Positions 18,570 to 30,545 of a DNA stretch of 64,000 nucleotides are shown one piece after another. Below the pieces are notes generated by a model, which was not told the origin of the DNA, ran no database searches, and worked only from the letters and a program-made list of their open reading frames with translations. Location: positions 320,001 to 384,000 of the forward strand of contig OZ242311.1 of NCBI GenBank assembly GCA_965207885.1. Reading direction: 5' to 3'. Source of the stretch: Candidatus Latescibacterota bacterium (lineage in GTDB: Bacteria; Latescibacterota; UBA2968). The translations under genes were made by a program, and so were the position numbers. How positions within the stretch are numbered: position 1 is the first letter of the stretch; each line of letters starts with the position of its first letter.

Positions 18570-19841
18570 TTATGCTTGCCAGGGCACACTGCCATTTTGT
18601 TGCATTTCCGTCTGCAACAACTCACCCATTTCCCGAAATGTGCCTGTTTTTGCCTGATCCGATGCTTCTTGAGGATCATTGCCCAGATCATAGAGTTCCA
18701 GTGGTTCAAAAGGACTGTTGTGCAGCAATTTGATATTGCCGCGTCGAACAGCGTGCTGGTTTAGTCCGAGGAATGAGGGACCCCCGTCTTTTCGCACCCA
18801 GTACATCGCGCGATCAGAAAAATCCTGGTTTTCTCCTCTCAGCGTTGGCAAAATAGACAGTCCTTCGATTTCATGGTTGACCGATGCACCTGCTATTTCG
18901 CAGGCTGTGGGGAACAGGTCCATCAGCATGGCAACGTTATCACATACCTGGCCTTTCTCAATTCCATCTGCCCACATTGCACAGGTGGGTACCCGAATGC
19001 CGCCTTCATACATCTGTCCCTTTCCGCCTTTTAAATCACCGTTGGTTGCGCCCACATTTAACTGTCCGCCATTGTCCGATGTGTAGATCACGAGAGTATT
19101 GGAAAGTTGTCCGGTTTGCTCAAGCGCGTCCAGGACCCGACCAATGCCCGCATCCATGTGCTCGACCAGTGCGATGTATTTCACCCGTTCGGGCGAGGCA
19201 TCAGGCTCGCGCTGACGCACCCTTTCTATCCAGTCCTCTGGCGGTTGAATGGGCGTGTGTGGCGCATTATAAGCCAGATACAGGAAAAACGGCTGTGACG
19301 CATGGGCGTGTCCGTGAATTACCTCGGTCGCCCATTCTGTAAATAGATCCGTTGCGTGTCCCCGCGGGTCAATCACCTCGAGGTCTTTCTGCATGTAATT
19401 CTGGTCGTGTCGCAAATGCGTGTAATAATCGTCCATCATGTCGCCCAGAAAACCGTGGAAATGATCAAATCCACGCTTGCACGGATGGTTCTCTGGCTCG
19501 AGGCCCAGGTGCCATTTTCCAATAATGGATGTGTGATAGTCTTTTTGTTTGAGCATTGATGGCAGTGTTATGGCATCGCGACTGAAATATCCCCAATTAC
19601 TCTCGGGGTAAGTGCGAATCACGCCCGGCACGCCAACTCGATCCGGATATCGCCCGGTCATCAGTGCTGCGCGACTGGGGGAACATACGGATGAATTTGC
19701 GTAGAACTGCGTCAAGCGAATGCCGTTTTCAGCAATGCGGTCGATATTTGGCGTTTGAATATGCGGTCCTTGATGTGCCGAGATATCGCCGTAACCGTGA
19801 TCATCGCCCAGGATTATCAGGATATTTGGCAAATGCGCCAT
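18570..19841 (-). CDS. Arylsulfatase-like sulfatase
   Basis: CSPSRAALMTGR, GKWHLG, SDNGG, YEGGIRVP. Confidence 0.93.
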   Translation of the reverse strand: MAHLPNILIILGDDHGYGDISAHQGPHIQTPNIDRIAENGIRLTQFYANSSVCSPSRAALMTGRYPDRVGVPGVIRTYPESNWGYFSRDAITLPSMLKQKDYHTSIIGKWHLGLEPENHPCKRGFDHFHGFLGDMMDDYYTHLRHDQNYMQKDLEVIDPRGHATDLFTEWATEVIHGHAHASQPFFLYLAYNAPHTPIQPPEDWIERVRQREPDASPERVKYIALVEHMDAGIGRVLDALEQTGQLSNTLVIYTSDNGGQLNVGATNGDLKGGKGQMYEGGIRVPTCAMWADGIEKGQVCDNVAMLMDLFPTACEIAGASVNHEIEGLSILPTLRGENQDFSDRAMYWVRKDGGPSFLGLNQHAVRRGNIKLLHNSPFEPLELYDLGNDPQEASDQAKTGTFREMGELLQTEMQQNGSVPWQA

Positions 19842-19862
19842 GTATCATCTCCTTTAATAAAA

Positions 19863-20153
19863 TTACATGTGTCGCAGCATTCGCCGCACCAGTTCGCGTT
19901 TTTCCGCGGGGTCTTTTGCCCAGCAAATTTCCTCAAACCGATCTTCAAATGTCCCCGAATTTTCGAGCTTTCGGTCCCGACTCAATTTTTGCAACTGCTC
20001 AATTTCACGAGGATCGAGTCTGTGGGACATGCGGTTTAGTGCAAATTTGAATCGTTTCGGATTTCGCAAAAAATAAGTGCCCAGATCCCGGAGCATATCG
20101 CCGTATTTCAAGCCTTGCTCCGCAACAGTTTCCGCGAGTTTGTCCTTTTGCAT
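19863..20153 (-). CDS. Hypothetical helical protein
   Basis: AGGAGG SD upstream of MQKDK; fills the gap between two sulfatases. Confidence 0.65.
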   Translation of the reverse strand: MQKDKLAETVAEQGLKYGDMLRDLGTYFLRNPKRFKFALNRMSHRLDPREIEQLQKLSRDRKLENSGTFEDRFEEICWAKDPAEKRELVRRMLRHM

Positions 20154-20169
20154 GACTAAAATCCTCCTG

Positions 20170-21582
20170 TTACTCATTGGGGCGTTTTCCAATTGTATCC
20201 GCGAGGTGGTCCATCAGATCGTCGAGTGCTTGCCGCGATGTGCGACCGCGAAATGCTTTGAGCGCCGGATCGTTTGTTTCCACCATCCATTCATCGAGCG
20301 CGTTTCTAAGGCCCTGGATATCATCGGCATAGTTGGGGTCGTCAATCAGGTTGTTCAGTGCATTGGGGTCGTTCTCAAAATCGTAAAATTCTTCGAGTAC
20401 GCGATAGCTGAACAAATGGTTTCTCGCAGCCAATTCCGGGTCGTTGGCTTCTGCTTCTTTCATCGCCTGCCAGGACCGACCATTCTGGGATTCATTTCGA
20501 AATTCCCGTTCGCCATCGGACCAGGGGTTGAAGATATAGCCGAACCGCGTATTTTGCACGCATCGCATCGGGTAATTGCGCCGCCCCGAGGTCTGGTGAA
20601 ATTGCGTGAACACACGCTCGCAGCCATCCTGTTTTTCGCCCCGCAATACGGGCAGACGCGATTTGCCATTGACGCCGTCCGGGATATCTACACCAATTGC
20701 ATCCAGTACTGTGGGCAAATAATCTACCCCGGAAATAAAATGCTCGGTATCCACGCGCCCGGCTTGAATGACCGCGGGCCATCGCGCCAAAAAAGGTGTG
20801 CGCGTGCTGTTTAGATAACAATTTGTTTTTGCAAAGGGAAATGCCATGCCATTATCGGACAAAAACATCACGAGGGTGTTCTCCGCCACGCCCGCTTCGT
20901 CCAGCACACCGAGCAATCGGCCCACAGTATCATCACAGCGGCGAACAGAGTTGTAATACTCGGCTATTTCCAGGCGCACATCCGGTAGATCGGGCAAAAA
21001 CTCGGGAATGACCACTTCTTCTGGATCAAATGTGCGCGAGGGCGGTACCGCAGGCGGGTCGAGTTCGCTGTACCATTCGGGCTTGTCATTGCCGTAGAAC
21101 GGACGGTGCGGATCGTGGGAGTTTGCCATGAGAAAAAATGGGCGCTCGCCATCTACGGCTGTTTGAACAAAGCTTTTTGCATGCTGATAATACGCATCGG
21201 GATTTCGTCCCTGCCCCAGGTCGATCTGATCATGCGCCATGTCCCACTGAAATGCCGCGTATGGCGTCGAGTGTGTCACTTTGCCCAAAATGCCCACGTC
21301 ATAGCCCTCATCGCGCAAGATATCGGGTAGTATGGGTATGCCTTCGTGTCGCAAATGGTAAAAGCCCTCGCCGCCGCTGAGATGCGGATAGCACCCGGTC
21401 ATCAATGCCGAGCGGCTCGGTTGGCATACTGCAATTGTCACATGTCCGTGGTTAAACCGCAATCCCCCCGCGGCCAATCGGTCAATATTTGGGGTCGTGC
21501 CCGCTGTTGGGCAACCAAATGCCCCCACTGCATCCCAGTTCATGTCATCTGCTGTTATCAACATAAAATTTGGTCTGTTCAT
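20170..21582 (-). CDS. Sulfatase (N-sulfoglucosamine sulfohydrolase-like)
   Basis: PNFMLITADD, CQPSRSALMTG, HDPHRPF, SDNGMAFPFAK. Confidence 0.9.
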   Translation of the reverse strand: MNRPNFMLITADDMNWDAVGAFGCPTAGTTPNIDRLAAGGLRFNHGHVTIAVCQPSRSALMTGCYPHLSGGEGFYHLRHEGIPILPDILRDEGYDVGILGKVTHSTPYAAFQWDMAHDQIDLGQGRNPDAYYQHAKSFVQTAVDGERPFFLMANSHDPHRPFYGNDKPEWYSELDPPAVPPSRTFDPEEVVIPEFLPDLPDVRLEIAEYYNSVRRCDDTVGRLLGVLDEAGVAENTLVMFLSDNGMAFPFAKTNCYLNSTRTPFLARWPAVIQAGRVDTEHFISGVDYLPTVLDAIGVDIPDGVNGKSRLPVLRGEKQDGCERVFTQFHQTSGRRNYPMRCVQNTRFGYIFNPWSDGEREFRNESQNGRSWQAMKEAEANDPELAARNHLFSYRVLEEFYDFENDPNALNNLIDDPNYADDIQGLRNALDEWMVETNDPALKAFRGRTSRQALDDLMDHLADTIGKRPNE

Positions 21583-21596
21583 ATTGCTCCTTTCCT

Positions 21597-22055
21597 CTAC
21601 TCTTCCCCATCGTAATATTCCACCTCGGTCAGGCGGCCCAATTTGCCCGGTGGACGGATCGCCCATTTATCCGAGTCGGGATAATAGACCGGGTCACTTA
21701 CGGGATTGTCGGCAATGACGTAATAAATCAGATCCTCTGTCGCACTTGTGTTGCGAATCTGATGCGCAGTACCGGGCGGCTGAACAAATGCGTCGCCTGC
21801 TCCCACTTCAAATGTGTGATCATTTCGGCGCACAGTGCCGTGGCCGCGGAGCACGATATAAAATTCCCACTGTACCTGATGCGCGTGGCACGGAAAATTT
21901 GTCTTTCCCGGAGGCAATCGCACCCATTCGACCTCAAATGGTTGTCCTTTGGTCTCCAATGCTCCAGAAATATCCTTTCGATGCAAACAGTATTTACCCG
22001 TGCGCGATAGGCGCGCTATTTCTTCTATTTCCGATTCGTTGATTTTTTCTATCAC
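21597..22055 (-). CDS. Cupin domain protein
   Basis: PCHAHQVQWEFYIVLRG...PPGTAHQIRN, YYPDS. Confidence 0.88.
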   Translation of the reverse strand: MIEKINESEIEEIARLSRTGKYCLHRKDISGALETKGQPFEVEWVRLPPGKTNFPCHAHQVQWEFYIVLRGHGTVRRNDHTFEVGAGDAFVQPPGTAHQIRNTSATEDLIYYVIADNPVSDPVYYPDSDKWAIRPPGKLGRLTEVEYYDGEE

Positions 22056-22080
22056 TCTGATTTTCCTTCACTTTGGTGGT

Positions 22081-22860
22081 TTACTGCGCGTTCCATCCAC
22101 CATCTACATATAGCGATGCTCCCGTCATAAAGCTGGATGCATCGCTCGCCAAAAACAACGCTGCGCCGCGAATTTCGTGCAACTCTGCCCAGCGATTTAA
22201 TGCCGTCAATTCCAATAACGATTTTACCTTCTCGGGCGTCTTTAGAAGCGGTACATTGATCTCGGTCAAAAAGGGTCCGGGACACAGGGCATTGCACCGC
22301 ACATTGGACTCGGCCCACTCCAGAGCCATCGTTTTTGTCATGCCGATTAATCCCGCTTTTGACGAACAATAGGCCGAGCGCTCTCTTAACCCGACGCCGC
22401 TTAATGCCGACGCGATGTTCACCACTGAACCCGATCCCTGGGGCTTCATAACCCGGGCAGCCGCACGGCAACACAACCATACGCCAGTTAGATTGATGTC
22501 GATTACTTGCTTAAACTCGTCGAGGGGAAACTCCTCTACGGGATGCCGAATATTAATCCCCGCGCTGTTGATCAACACGTCCAGCTTGCCGTATTTCTCG
22601 ATGACGGTATCAAATACCCGATCCACGTCTTTTTCACGGGTTACATCTCCAGCGATACCGAGACTCTCTTGCCGTGTTTCTTCTGCGATCTCTGCGGCCA
22701 CGCGGTCACAATCTGCCTGCGTCCGCGAGCAAATGACGGTTTTTGCACCGGCCTGCGCCAATCCCATCGCCATTGATGCGCCCAATCCTTTGGATCCCCC
22801 GGTGATTAACGCGACCTTTCCGTCTAACCGAAACAAATCCATTACATATATTTCTGGCAT
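22081..22860 (-). CDS. Short-chain dehydrogenase/reductase
   Basis: TGGSKGLG, NSAG, YCSSK, VDGGW. Confidence 0.93.
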   Translation of the reverse strand: MPEIYVMDLFRLDGKVALITGGSKGLGASMAMGLAQAGAKTVICSRTQADCDRVAAEIAEETRQESLGIAGDVTREKDVDRVFDTVIEKYGKLDVLINSAGINIRHPVEEFPLDEFKQVIDINLTGVWLCCRAAARVMKPQGSGSVVNIASALSGVGLRERSAYCSSKAGLIGMTKTMALEWAESNVRCNALCPGPFLTEINVPLLKTPEKVKSLLELTALNRWAELHEIRGAALFLASDASSFMTGASLYVDGGWNAQ

Positions 22861-22892
22861 ATTTTTCTCCAGTGGTCAGCAATCAAATCAGA

Positions 22893-22964
22893 GGGCGACC
22901 ACAGGGGGTCGTCCCTACAGACCGGATAACATATCATCGTAGGGGACGGCCCCTGTGCCGTCCC
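22893..22964. repeat. Inverted pair of GTAG-type REP elements
   Basis: GTAGGGACGACCCCCTGTGGTCGCCC (minus, 22893-22918) and GTAGGGGACGGCCCCTGTGCCGTCCC (plus, 22939-22964). Confidence 0.75.
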
Positions 22965-24046
22965 TATGGTCTCAATGTAACCTTTACAGACTGCGTTCCA
23001 TCTGCGACGAGGTCCATACCCTTGTGAAAATCCTTAAGTGGCAATTGATGGGTTACGATCTGGTCCATTGGGAGGAGGCCCTGTTCGAGCATTCGAATGG
23101 CAATGGGATAACAATGCGGACTCAGATGAGCGCCGTGAATATTGAGTTCTTTTGTGTCGCCAATAATCGTCCAATCCGTTGTCACGGGTTCGCGCATTAC
23201 GCTGAATTCGACAAATGTGCCGAGTTTGCAAATCATAAGCAGTCCCTGTTCCACTGCCGCGGGATGCCCGGTCGCCTCGATATACACATCGCAACCATAA
23301 CCTTCTGTCAATTTATGGACTTCGTCAACCACATCCACCGAATTTGGATTCAGCCCCAGATCCGCCCCACACGCTCTGGCTATTTCCAGCCGTTTATCAC
23401 TTAGGTCTAAGGCAATTAGCAATGCGGGATTCTTCATTCGCGCGGCAGCGACCATACCCAGGCCCAGCGGTCCTGCGCCAGCAATGACGACTGTGTGGTT
23501 TAACTGAATATTGCCGCGTTCGACCGCGTGAATCGCACAGGCGAGGGGTTCTACATACGCCGCATGCGCGGCGGGTATGGATTTTGGCACGCGATAATTC
23601 AGGGCTTTGGCAGGCAACCTGCAATATTCAGCCATTGCGCCAAAGGTCGCCTGGCGAAAGCCGTAAATATCGTGTACCATGCACATCCAGTATTGCCCGC
23701 GCAAGCAATAACGACACGCGCCGCACGGCACGATTTGCTCCGATACTGCGAGGTCGCCAATCGCCAACCCGTATTTGTCACCCGCACCGTCGCCGAGTGC
23801 AACGACCTCTCCCACAAATTCGTGCCCGGGAATAATTGGTGCTTGGCAATAGCCCTCGCGGTGGGAATCGCCCCAGAACATGGGTGCTCCCAGATAGCAC
23901 TTTAAATCGCTTGCACATATACCGACCGATTGCACGCGAAGTAGAACCTCTCCCGCCTCTATCTGGGGTACTACGTATTCTTCCAGGCGATAATCTTCGG
24001 GCGCGCGGCACATGACTACGGGCATTGTTTTTGGCAGATCACCCAT
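22964..24046 (-). CDS. Zn-dependent polyol dehydrogenase (erythritol/L-threitol dehydrogenase-like)
   Basis: GICASD, PGHEFVG, CGACRYC..C structural Zn, GAGPLG. Confidence 0.88.
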   Translation of the reverse strand: MGDLPKTMPVVMCRAPEDYRLEEYVVPQIEAGEVLLRVQSVGICASDLKCYLGAPMFWGDSHREGYCQAPIIPGHEFVGEVVALGDGAGDKYGLAIGDLAVSEQIVPCGACRYCLRGQYWMCMVHDIYGFRQATFGAMAEYCRLPAKALNYRVPKSIPAAHAAYVEPLACAIHAVERGNIQLNHTVVIAGAGPLGLGMVAAARMKNPALLIALDLSDKRLEIARACGADLGLNPNSVDVVDEVHKLTEGYGCDVYIEATGHPAAVEQGLLMICKLGTFVEFSVMREPVTTDWTIIGDTKELNIHGAHLSPHCYPIAIRMLEQGLLPMDQIVTHQLPLKDFHKGMDLVADGTQSVKVTLRP

Positions 24047-24152
24047 ATCGAATCCTTTTCTTGACAAGAGAAAGCCCTTAGGATACACTTTAACGGTTTG
24101 ATAGTATAAAGAAAAACACAAAAATTTTCATCTCTAACGTTATGAGGTAAAA

Positions 24153-25448
24153 GTGGCAATTGGTATTGGCTTGATTGGCATGGGTGTTGTGGGTGGCGGT
24201 GTGGCCCGCATCCTTCGAGATCGGGAACGCGAATTCAAAGACGTTCGGGATCTCGATCTCGATATTCGCAAGGTTGCTGTGCGCGATTTGTCCAAATCTC
24301 GCGCAATTGATTTGATTCCCGATTGTTTTACGACCAATCCTATGGATGTGGTCACGGATCCGACAATCCAGATTGTGGTCGAGGTGATGGGCGGTGTTGA
24401 TGCGGCTTATGATCTCGTTCTCGCGGCGCTTCAAAATGGGAAAGATGTTGTTACGGCGAACAAAGCTCTTCTTGCCGAACGCGGCGACAGCCTGTTTGAG
24501 GCTGCGGTAAAAAATAATGCAGGACTCGGCTTTGAAGCCAGTGTATGTGGCGGTATTCCCATTATCCAGACTCTCAGTCAGGGTCTGGTGGCGAATAATA
24601 TTCAATCGCTTTACGGCATCCTCAATGGCACGACGAACTACATCCTCACCCGGATGACAGAAGCCGGAGAGGACTTTGGTCCCATGCTCAAAGAAGCACA
24701 GGACAAAGGATTCGCCGAAGCCGATCCCACCATGGATATCGATGGCACGGATGCAGCTCAAAAGCTCGCACTTCTCTGTCGCCTCGCCTTCCGCCAGCGC
24801 GTTTCGTCCGGCGAGATTCTCAAAGAGGGGATCTCTCACATTACCGCATTGGATATTGATTTTGCCCGCGAACTCGGTTATACCATCAAATTGCTCGGCA
24901 TAGCCCGCGTGGTGGGTAATCGCATTGAGGTGCGCGTGCATCCCGCCTTTGTGCCTCACGATGCACTCCTGGCCGATATTCGCAATGAATTTAACGCTGT
25001 GGAAATTGTCGGCAGTGCGGTTGACGCCCAGGTCTTTTATGGCAAAGGCGCCGGTGAATTGCCCACAGCCAGCGCGGTGGTCGCCGATCTGGTCGCCATT
25101 GCCGAACGGCGCAAAGCCGGTCTTGGTCCCGCGGGAGCACCACTTGCTCCGCTACCCGAGGCGGACCTCGTTCCCACCGGCGATATTCAGACTGGCAGCT
25201 ATTGTCGGCTTACCGTTTACGACAAACCCGGGGTTCTGGCACAGGTTGCAGCGCTCTTTGCCGGTGAAGATATCAGCATAGAAACGGTCATCCAGCACGG
25301 GCGCTCGGAAACAGAAGGTGGCACGGTCCCTCTGATCATGATCACGCACGATGCTCCCGAATCCGCGATGCAACGCGCCATCGTGCGCATCGGGAATTTG
25401 TCCGCTGTGACAGAAAAACCGCAGATTATTCGGATTTTGCATCCGTGA
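24153..25448 (+). CDS. hom: Homoserine dehydrogenase with ACT domain
   Basis: GMGVVGGG, VVTANK, FEASVCGGIP, GILNGTTNY, GFAEADP, GAGELPTASAV, DKPGVLA. Confidence 0.96.
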   Translation: MAIGIGLIGMGVVGGGVARILRDREREFKDVRDLDLDIRKVAVRDLSKSRAIDLIPDCFTTNPMDVVTDPTIQIVVEVMGGVDAAYDLVLAALQNGKDVVTANKALLAERGDSLFEAAVKNNAGLGFEASVCGGIPIIQTLSQGLVANNIQSLYGILNGTTNYILTRMTEAGEDFGPMLKEAQDKGFAEADPTMDIDGTDAAQKLALLCRLAFRQRVSSGEILKEGISHITALDIDFARELGYTIKLLGIARVVGNRIEVRVHPAFVPHDALLADIRNEFNAVEIVGSAVDAQVFYGKGAGELPTASAVVADLVAIAERRKAGLGPAGAPLAPLPEADLVPTGDIQTGSYCRLTVYDKPGVLAQVAALFAGEDISIETVIQHGRSETEGGTVPLIMITHDAPESAMQRAIVRIGNLSAVTEKPQIIRILHP

Positions 25449-25466
25449 GGGGATGTGAAAACAAAA

Positions 25467-25494
25467 AAGCGGCAGAGAAAATTCTCTGCCGCTT
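25467..25494. terminator. Terminator hairpin between convergent hom and gyrA
   Basis: AAGCGGCAGAGA...TCTCTGCCGCTT with upstream A-run. Confidence 0.75.
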
Positions 25495-25515
25495 CGGATC
25501 AAAAGATTGTGTTGT

Positions 25516-28095
25516 TCACTTCCATCCTGTTCGCTTTTGTACCTCGCGCCATAATGCCTTCATCGTTCCGTTTTCCTCAGCCGTGTTCTCATCTCCAGTT
25601 TCACTTACTTCTTCAGATGTTGCATCCATCGCGGTTTCGCCTTCTTCTTCCTCGTCTTGATTGATCACCTGTGCCACATCAATCACCTGATCGCCGTCAT
25701 CCGGATTGATCAAACGCACGCCTTGTGCATTGCGCCCAATCACGCTCACGTCCGCTACTTTCTGTCGGATCAAGATGCCATTCTGCGTCACAATCACCAT
25801 ATCGTCGCGGCTGTCTTCCATCACGCCCATCATCGATACCACAGGACCATTGCGATCTGTGGTCTTGATGTTGATCACGCCTTTTACACCCCGGTTTGTC
25901 AGGCGATAATCCGAAACCGGCGTGCGCTTGCCATATCCATTGGCACATACCGTCAATAAATGAGACTGCTCTAACTCTTCAGGTCTAACGACGACCATGC
26001 CTACCACGACATCATCGCCTTGCAAGGACACGCCGCGCACGCCCTGTGAGTTGCGCCCCATAGCCCGCACTTTGTTTTCGTCAAAGTACACAGCTTGTCC
26101 GTTCTTTGTGGCAATGATAACCTGGTCGTCACCCCCTGTAACCGCGGCTTTGATTAGCTGATCGTCTTCCCGGACATTCATCGCAATAATGCCACCCTTG
26201 CGCGGGCGACTATAAGCCGATAGCGCGGTCTTTTTTGTTAGCCCCTTTTGGGTTATAGACAGCAGATAGCGATCTTCATCAAATTCGCGCACTGGCACGA
26301 CCTCGGCGACCTTATGCCCAAAGGGGATATCCACGACATTGACAATGGGCCGACCGCGCGCTTGACGCGTACCCCGCGGAATTTCATGCACTTTTAGCCA
26401 CACACAGTGTCCGCGGTCTGTCAATACAAGGATATAACTGTGCGTGGAAGCCACGAATAAGCTTTCTACAAAATCTTCATCTTTTGTTCGCATACCCGTG
26501 ATCCCGCGTCCGCCCCGGTTTTGTGCGCGATAGGTGGATACTGGAATGCGTTTGATGTATCCATTGTGAGAAATTGTAATGACCATATCTTCTTCGTGGA
26601 TCAAATCTTCAATACTGAACTCAGAGGCCGCGAACACGATTTCTGACCGCCGATCGTCGCCGTATTTTTCGCGCATCACACCCAATTCGTCTTTGACTAT
26701 TTGCATGCGCGATTCTCGGTTGTCCAGAATAGAGCGCAATCGTTCAATCTCCTGCACCAGGTCGGAGTATTCGTCTTCTATCTTTTGTTGCTCCATGTTG
26801 GTCAATCGCTGCAATGTCATGGACAAAATGGCCTGTGTCTGGCGTTCAGATAATTCGAGTTGTGCCGTTAACGCGCGCCGCGCTTCATTGGGATCTGCTG
26901 AGCCGCGGATAATGCGGATTACTTCGTCGATGTTGTCCTGCGCGATTATCAATCCTTCCAAAATATGTGCGCGATCTTCAGCGACTCGCAGTTCGTATTC
27001 CGTGCGTCGCTTTACGACATCGTGGCGGTGGTCGATATAGCACTGTAACATGTGTTTCAAGGTCACTTGTTGCGGCCGGCCGTTGACCAGCGCAACCATA
27101 TTGGCCGCAAATGTCGATTCCAATTGGGTATTTTTGTAGAGTTGGTTCAAGATCACGTCCCCGACCACATCGCGTTTGAGTTCCACCACGATGCGCAGCC
27201 CATCGCGGTCGGATTCATCCTGAATATTTGAAATCCCTTCAATGCGTTTTTCGCGCACCAGATCCGCCATTTTTTCCAATAGCGTTGTCTTGTTTACCAT
27301 ATAGGGGATTTCTGTGATGATAATGGTTTCTCGACCAGTTTTGTCTTCTTCTATATCGGCTTTTGCCCGGATCCGCAGATGTCCGCGTCCCGTCTGATAG
27401 GCGTCTAAAACGCCACCTATACCATAAATGATGCCACCGGTTGGAAAGTCGGGTGCTTTGACATATTCCATCAATTCAGCGATATCCAATTCGGGATTGT
27501 CGATCAATGCGACAAGGCCATCGGCGACCTCCTGCAAATTGTGCGGCGGAATTGCCGTGGCCATTGTGGTGGCAATTCCCACAGCGCCGTTGCAAATCAT
27601 GTTTGGAAACGCAGAAGGCAATACCTGGGGCTCTTCCAGGCGCTCGTCGTAGTTGGGGCGATAATCAACGGTCTCTTTCTCGAGATCGTTCAACATTTCT
27701 TGCCCCGGTCCGGCCATACGCGCTTCTGTGTAGCGCATTGCAGCGGGTGGATACCCGTCGATGGAGCCAAAATTACCCTGTCCATCTACCAGTGGATAAC
27801 GCAACTTAAAATCCTGCGCCAGATGCACCAGCGTTGGATAGACAATGTCTTCACCGTGCGGATGATAATTGCCCGAGGCATGACCGGCAATATGAGCGCA
27901 TTTTCGATGCTGTCGGTTTGCGCCCAGGCCGAGGTCATTCATCGCCACCAAAATGCGTCTTTGCGATGGCTTCATCCCATCGCGCACATCCGGCAATGCG
28001 CGATTGACCAGTGTGCTCATCGAATAATCGAGCATGGACTTCTTCAACTCATCGCCAATTTCAACAGGGATCACCCGTGATCGTTCTATCATCAT
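25516..28095 (-). CDS. gyrA: DNA gyrase subunit A
   Basis: RALPDVRDG, YHPHG, AAMRYTEAR, GyrA-box QNRGGRG, acidic tail. Confidence 0.97.
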   Translation of the reverse strand: MMIERSRVIPVEIGDELKKSMLDYSMSTLVNRALPDVRDGMKPSQRRILVAMNDLGLGANRQHRKCAHIAGHASGNYHPHGEDIVYPTLVHLAQDFKLRYPLVDGQGNFGSIDGYPPAAMRYTEARMAGPGQEMLNDLEKETVDYRPNYDERLEEPQVLPSAFPNMICNGAVGIATTMATAIPPHNLQEVADGLVALIDNPELDIAELMEYVKAPDFPTGGIIYGIGGVLDAYQTGRGHLRIRAKADIEEDKTGRETIIITEIPYMVNKTTLLEKMADLVREKRIEGISNIQDESDRDGLRIVVELKRDVVGDVILNQLYKNTQLESTFAANMVALVNGRPQQVTLKHMLQCYIDHRHDVVKRRTEYELRVAEDRAHILEGLIIAQDNIDEVIRIIRGSADPNEARRALTAQLELSERQTQAILSMTLQRLTNMEQQKIEDEYSDLVQEIERLRSILDNRESRMQIVKDELGVMREKYGDDRRSEIVFAASEFSIEDLIHEEDMVITISHNGYIKRIPVSTYRAQNRGGRGITGMRTKDEDFVESLFVASTHSYILVLTDRGHCVWLKVHEIPRGTRQARGRPIVNVVDIPFGHKVAEVVPVREFDEDRYLLSITQKGLTKKTALSAYSRPRKGGIIAMNVREDDQLIKAAVTGGDDQVIIATKNGQAVYFDENKVRAMGRNSQGVRGVSLQGDDVVVGMVVVRPEELEQSHLLTVCANGYGKRTPVSDYRLTNRGVKGVINIKTTDRNGPVVSMMGVMEDSRDDMVIVTQNGILIRQKVADVSVIGRNAQGVRLINPDDGDQVIDVAQVINQDEEEEGETAMDATSEEVSETGDENTAEENGTMKALWREVQKRTGWK

Positions 28096-28113
28096 TGTCT
28101 CATCGTCTCCTTT

Positions 28114-30092
<1,979 letters not shown>

Positions 30093-30191
30093 CCCGCCCC
30101 GCCACCCAACTGCTATCGTTGATGAACTGGCCTGGGAACTGGCGCAGTTGTACATCACTCGTTGTGTACCATGAATTTTTGGGACATTTAC

Positions 30192-30545
30192 CTATTGTAA
30201 CCGAATTTTTTTTACCACATCACCGCCAACTTCGCGGTTCAAATTTTGACGTATTGTCTCGCATTGAAAGGTCAACCAATGCCGCCATGTGGGATTTTGT
30301 ACTGAGACAGATAACTGCCCCCATCGAAAGCTGTTAACTTGCGTTACCGCAGCAATATCTTTCCCCACAATTTTTTCCCACAATGACAACACGCGCTGTT
30401 CTCTCAATTTTTCCGCAAGTCCCAGGCTATCCACCACCTGGCGAATGGCATCACCTGCGGAAACCGGGTCAGATGTCCCACCAGTCCGATACCTGTAAAC
30501 ACCGCTCTTGCGTCTGTCTGTCTCGGCATCCATAGTATTATTCAC
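30192..30545 (-). CDS. DUF721/DciA helicase-loader family protein
   Basis: LWEKIVG..IA, LSVSV..PTWRHWL; position between recF and gyrB. Confidence 0.88.
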   Translation of the reverse strand: MNNTMDAETDRRKSGVYRYRTGGTSDPVSAGDAIRQVVDSLGLAEKLREQRVLSLWEKIVGKDIAAVTQVNSFRWGQLSVSVQNPTWRHWLTFQCETIRQNLNREVGGDVVKKIRLQ